A stretch of 64,000 bases of DNA from Schmidtea polychroa (lineage: Eukaryota): the NCBI GenBank assembly GCA_044892525.1, contig CM097885.1, positions 44,208,001-44,272,000 on the forward strand. Direction: 5' to 3'. A program made the position numbers and the translations under genes. A model generated the notes under the pieces. It was not told the DNA's origin. It saw only the letters and a list, made by a program, of their open reading frames with translations, and did no database searches. Positions 60,564 through 64,000 of this stretch are shown here, in pieces. Each line of letters opens with the position of its first letter. Positions within the stretch are counted from its first letter, which is position 1.

Positions 60564-60983
60564 TTAAAATAACTGTGAAAGTCTAGCAGACATAATTTTC
60601 CAAATTGGAGAATACACATCATTATTATCAACTTTATATCCTTGGATTGTAATTGATATATACCAATTTTCGTTTTCTTTGAAACTGATTTCATCAAAGG
60701 AATCATAAAATTTTGCATATCGGTTGTTGAAAAATGCATTTTGATTGCATGATAGATTCGTATTCAACCTTTTGAAAACATCATCTATGGTTTTAATATC
60801 TAACATTGAAAGCGTGCCGGTTAAGAATTGAAATTGGGTAGGAATTAGCTTGATCGGTGACACCAATTTCATATTGATTTCTTCTTTTAAAAAATACATT
60901 TTGTAGTTGTGGAACATTTGAACAGGTTGTACAAGTTCTGGAACTACTTTTGGTTTTTCAGTGCTTGAAATTTTCTTGGTCAT
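60564..60983 (-). CDS. Polinton hypothetical protein, 139 aa
   Basis: Intronless ORF with a canonical CCAAT-TATA-Inr promoter directly upstream. Confidence 0.7.
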   Translation of the reverse strand: MTKKISSTEKPKVVPELVQPVQMFHNYKMYFLKEEINMKLVSPIKLIPTQFQFLTGTLSMLDIKTIDDVFKRLNTNLSCNQNAFFNNRYAKFYDSFDEISFKENENWYISITIQGYKVDNNDVYSPIWKIMSARLSQLF

Positions 60984-60990
60984 TGTGAAT

Positions 60991-61053
60991 TATGATTAAA
61001 ATGAAATGGTACAGGGTTTTTATACCTATGACTATTGTTTATCATCCAATCAG
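60991..61053 (-). promoter_or_regulatory. Pol II core promoter of the 139-aa ORF
   Basis: Minus-strand TATAAAA at 61024-61018; TCA initiator with the A at 60993, 31 bp downstream; CCAATCAG at 61046-61053. Confidence 0.6.
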
Positions 61054-61091
61054 ATTGCAGTATGTTTTTGTTTTAATTGAATGATAAATAA

Positions 61092-61556
61092 TTAATTAAG
61101 TGATAATAAAAAATCTAAAAATTCTTTTCCTTCAATTATTGATTTAATTTCAGATATGATATTATCAACTATACATTTGTAATCAATATTTTTTATTCCA
61201 AGAATTACTATCTTACCGCTAGCGAATATATTTACACACATAGGGTTATATTTTATATATCTCAAAGCTGGAAATAATTCTGGTTCATAAAAGCATGGTA
61301 TTAATTTAGCTAATTTATTTAAATTACAAGAAAAACCTATATCGGAAGTTACGGTTATCGATTGTATTTCTAAATCATAAACATTATATTCACTAGCTTT
61401 GATTATTTCCTTACACCCCATAATTCTACATTTACCAGTTTTGAAATATATTATTGGATATTTATTACTTCTATTGATAAGTTGTTGTGGTTTCCCTATT
61501 GGAAATACCATTTTTGATACATCAGTTTTTGCCCTGTAATTTATATTTGAAAGCAT
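61092..61556 (-). CDS. TATA-box-binding protein (TBP)-like protein encoded by the Polinton
   Basis: Two TBP repeats: YFKTGKCRIMGCK and LEIQSITVTSDIGF..NL..L...YEPELFPALRY...IFASGKIVILGIK, compared with canonical YEPELFPGLIY and IFVSGKVVLTGAK. Confidence 0.9.
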   Translation of the reverse strand: MLSNINYRAKTDVSKMVFPIGKPQQLINRSNKYPIIYFKTGKCRIMGCKEIIKASEYNVYDLEIQSITVTSDIGFSCNLNKLAKLIPCFYEPELFPALRYIKYNPMCVNIFASGKIVILGIKNIDYKCIVDNIISEIKSIIEGKEFLDFLLSLN

Positions 61557-61660
61557 TTTAATGAAATAATTTTAAAAACTTTGATATATATAGGTATTTA
61601 AAAACAGAGTTCATTTAAATTATCAATATAAACAATAATTATATAGTTTAAATTTAAAAA

Positions 61661-62299
61661 ATGGAATTACGAAATGATGCAGTATACCAAATCGTTGGTC
61701 CAAGTGGTAGCGGGAAAACTTTATTTGTTTGTAAATTACTAAAATCAAATTTGTTTAAAACAAAATTCAACAATATTTATTGGCATAGGGGCGCCGACGA
61801 AGAACACGGATTGACGCAATCAAGTTTCTGTCAGTTGAAAAACATGAAAATAGTAAAGGGCTTTGATAAAAACTGGTCAAGTCGTTTGAAGAAAGATGAT
61901 GTCATCATTATCGATGATTTGTATCAAGAAGCCAATAAAGAAAAGGACTTTAATAATTTATTCACAAAAATCAGCAGACATGTTGGTGTAACAGTTATTT
62001 TCATAACACAAAATCTATTTCATCAAGGTGGTGCACATCGAACACGTAATTTAAATGTACAATATTTAGTTATTTTCAAGAATCCTAGAGATGCAACTGT
62101 CATTGATTTTCTTGGACGACAAGCATACCCTAATAACCGTAATTTTCTTATCAATGCATTTCAAGATGCTACGAAAATACCGCATGGGTATATATTTCTC
62201 GATTTCACACAACAATGCCCTGATGATATACGGGTAAAAACAGATATTTTCAACCCAAAAGGTGCCATGGTATATAAACAAAGTTCAAAACAAAGTTGA
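61661..62299 (+). CDS. Polinton A32/FtsK-like genome-packaging ATPase
   Basis: Walker A GPSGSGKT, Walker B IIIDD, SRHVGVTVIFITQN and FKNPRD motifs. Confidence 0.92.
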   Translation: MELRNDAVYQIVGPSGSGKTLFVCKLLKSNLFKTKFNNIYWHRGADEEHGLTQSSFCQLKNMKIVKGFDKNWSSRLKKDDVIIIDDLYQEANKEKDFNNLFTKISRHVGVTVIFITQNLFHQGGAHRTRNLNVQYLVIFKNPRDATVIDFLGRQAYPNNRNFLINAFQDATKIPHGYIFLDFTQQCPDDIRVKTDIFNPKGAMVYKQSSKQS

Positions 62300-62312
62300 A
62301 AACATATAAATC

Positions 62313-62801
62313 ATGTTTTCAAAAACAAGGATATCGGGTAAAAAACAACCAAAAGTTCCACCAACAACTAGTTATACTCCATCTAAAGAACTTATTACAG
62401 AAAATGTTCCTGCAATGAATCTTATTTCGAAAAATCCTAAACCAAAAAGTAAAACCACTAAGAAAGTAAAAGTTGTTAAAAATCATCGGAGTTTCCCGTT
62501 TTTCAATACATTGTTAAAGGCACCAAGTATGAAAAGAAACAGTATTTTGCAATCTTTTCCAAATTATGTTGTCGATGATTTACTCGATATTATACTTAAA
62601 GTAGTCAAAGGCAAGATTAAAATCAGTAAATCTAAAAAGCAATTATTGAGTAAACATAGGAAACCTTTGCTATCATTAGTAAATAATAAAAATCGTCAAC
62701 AAATGAGAAAAATTATATATAAACAACAAGGGGGATTTATCGGTGCATTGATACCTTTAGCAATATCATTATTAGGTGGAATAATAGGAAGTCGATCATA
62801 A
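62313..62801 (+). CDS. Basic core-like protein with an adenovirus pX-like hydrophobic C-terminus
   Basis: Lys-rich body ending QQGGFIGALIPLAISLLGGIIG, reminiscent of adenoviral pX GG(F/I)LPxLIP. Confidence 0.7.
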   Translation: MFSKTRISGKKQPKVPPTTSYTPSKELITENVPAMNLISKNPKPKSKTTKKVKVVKNHRSFPFFNTLLKAPSMKRNSILQSFPNYVVDDLLDIILKVVKGKIKISKSKKQLLSKHRKPLLSLVNNKNRQQMRKIIYKQQGGFIGALIPLAISLLGGIIGSRS

Positions 62802-62862
62802 ACAATGGGTGCTAATCCTTCATTACCAGACATTAAATTTAATATTAAATCTTCTTGTTGTA

Positions 62863-63736
62863 ATGGAGAAGATTTGGACGAACCCGGAAGACGAAGCCGG
62901 TTTTGGTGGAGTGGCAAAATTAAGGAAAAGAGTTCCGAATTCGAAAAAGGAAACTCAATCGGTTTGCCCGAGCAATACCCGTCAAGGCAAAATCTGCAGA
63001 TGAAATGTCCAAAGCTGTTAATCATTTATTTAAAGACGGATATCCTAAAAACTTGCAAACTGATTTAGGTATTAATATTATTATTTTTATTATTATTATT
63101 ATTATTTTAGGTAAAGAATTCTACAACAGTAAAGTCAAGCAAATCCTCATTAAATTGAAAATAAACCATTACTCAGTACATTCTCAATACAAAGCTGCTC
63201 ATGTTGAAAGATTTAACAGAACATTGAGAGATAGATTAAAGAAATTATTCGTGCATCAAGGTAATAAAAAATGGGTATTGGTTTTACCAAAAATAATAAC
63301 CAGTTATAATCACTCATCACATCAAGGACTGAATGGATTAAGGCCGATTGATATCACGTCAAAAACAATCTATTCTAAAAAACCTGAAAAAATTACAAAA
63401 CCGAAATATAAAGTAGGTGACCATGTTAGAATTAGTAAAATTAGTGCATCACCATTTATTAAAAATTTCGATACAAATTGGAGTGATGAAGTCTTTGTAA
63501 TTTCAAAAATAAATACTAAACAGAATCCTGTAATGTATGTCATCAAAGATAATGATAACAATATTGTACAAGGAAAATTTTATGAGCAGGAATTACAAGT
63601 TATTCCTCCCCCAAAAGTATTTAGAATTCAGAAGATTTTGAAAACTAAAAATAAAGGCAAGGATAAACAATACTATGTCAAATGGCATGGTTATCAAAAC
63701 CCATCATGGATATCAGAAAAGGATCTAGTAAAGTGA
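62863..63736 (+). pseudogene. Polinton integrase (rve plus C-terminal chromodomain), internally deleted and frameshifted
   Basis: N-terminus MEKIWTNPEDEAGFGGVAKL, then a frame switch near 62959 to RFARAIPVKAKSADE, LQTDLG..KEFYN, KAAHVERFNRTLR and chromodomain YYVKWHGY..SWI. The segment carrying the first catalytic Asp is absent. Confidence 0.85.
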
Positions 63737-64000
63737 ATTTTTATACTATTTTACCAAGCAATAGTTGCCCGCTTATTCATCCAGATAATCAAGCCAGTAA
63801 ATTCATGGTCAATCTCCAGAATCCGATTTCTTTAAATGGGGACTGGGAAGTTGCACTGCAAGATTTTACATTCGTGTACAATACATTCCCATTTTATAGT
63901 CAATGTAAGATTGATTTCAAAAGGAATGCTATGAAAACATGTAGTGGTATCTTTATTATCAGTAATTATGATAAAACATATCATATTCCGAATCAAATAT
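63733..64000 (+). CDS. Polinton minor capsid (penton-like) protein, N-terminal part, runs off the window
   Basis: Frame reads (V)NFYTILPSNSCPLIHPDNQASKFMVNLQNPISLNGDWEVALQDF, matching the Polinton motif FYxxLPSN..PxN...F...L...I.L.G.WEVAL; it overlaps the integrase stop. Confidence 0.8.
   Translation, partial: MNFYTILPSNSCPLIHPDNQASKFMVNLQNPISLNGDWEVALQDFTFVYNTFPFYSQCKIDFKRNAMKTCSGIFIISNYDKTYHIPNQI

Larger units (their letters stand above)
58330..64000 (+). mobile_element. Polinton/Maverick (endogenous polintovirus/adintovirus-like), left portion; continues past the window
   Basis: Starts AGTAGTAG, the typical Polinton terminus. A repeat-rich terminal region is followed by densely packed ORFs: packaging ATPase, pX-like protein, rve integrase with chromodomain, and minor capsid N-terminus. 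Confidence 0.92.

Overview
AT-rich eukaryotic (metazoan) DNA with 42-55 bp mini-introns, long TE-filled introns and (AAT)n/(TA)n tracts; a planarian-like host is my inference. About 1.4-35.9 kb holds a multi-exon minus-strand DCC/neogenin/frazzled-type netrin receptor (signal peptide, 4 Ig, 5 visible FN3, TM). The middle contains a long low-complexity terminal exon (37.7-39.6 kb), an apparently intact autonomous hAT transposon with TIRs and an 8-bp TSD (40800-43435), a small TM ORF, a BORCS8 gene (52.5-53.1 kb), and many MITEs and relics (mariner, hAT, piggyBac-like, Merlin-like, pogo, Penelope, solo LTR). From 58330 to the window end lies the left part of a Polinton/Maverick-type endogenous DNA virus: AGTAGT terminus, repeat-rich terminal region, packaging ATPase, pX-like protein, integrase-chromodomain and minor capsid start. 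Its most unusual features are an intronless TATA-binding-protein homologue in a divergent three-gene block, arrays of TCAAGGTCA (NR5A/ERR-type) and TGACTCA (AP-1-type) motifs, five regularly spaced dyad sites, and a 42-bp GT-AG insert beside the integrase catalytic Asp. All homology calls come from motif recognition by eye; no database searches were run.
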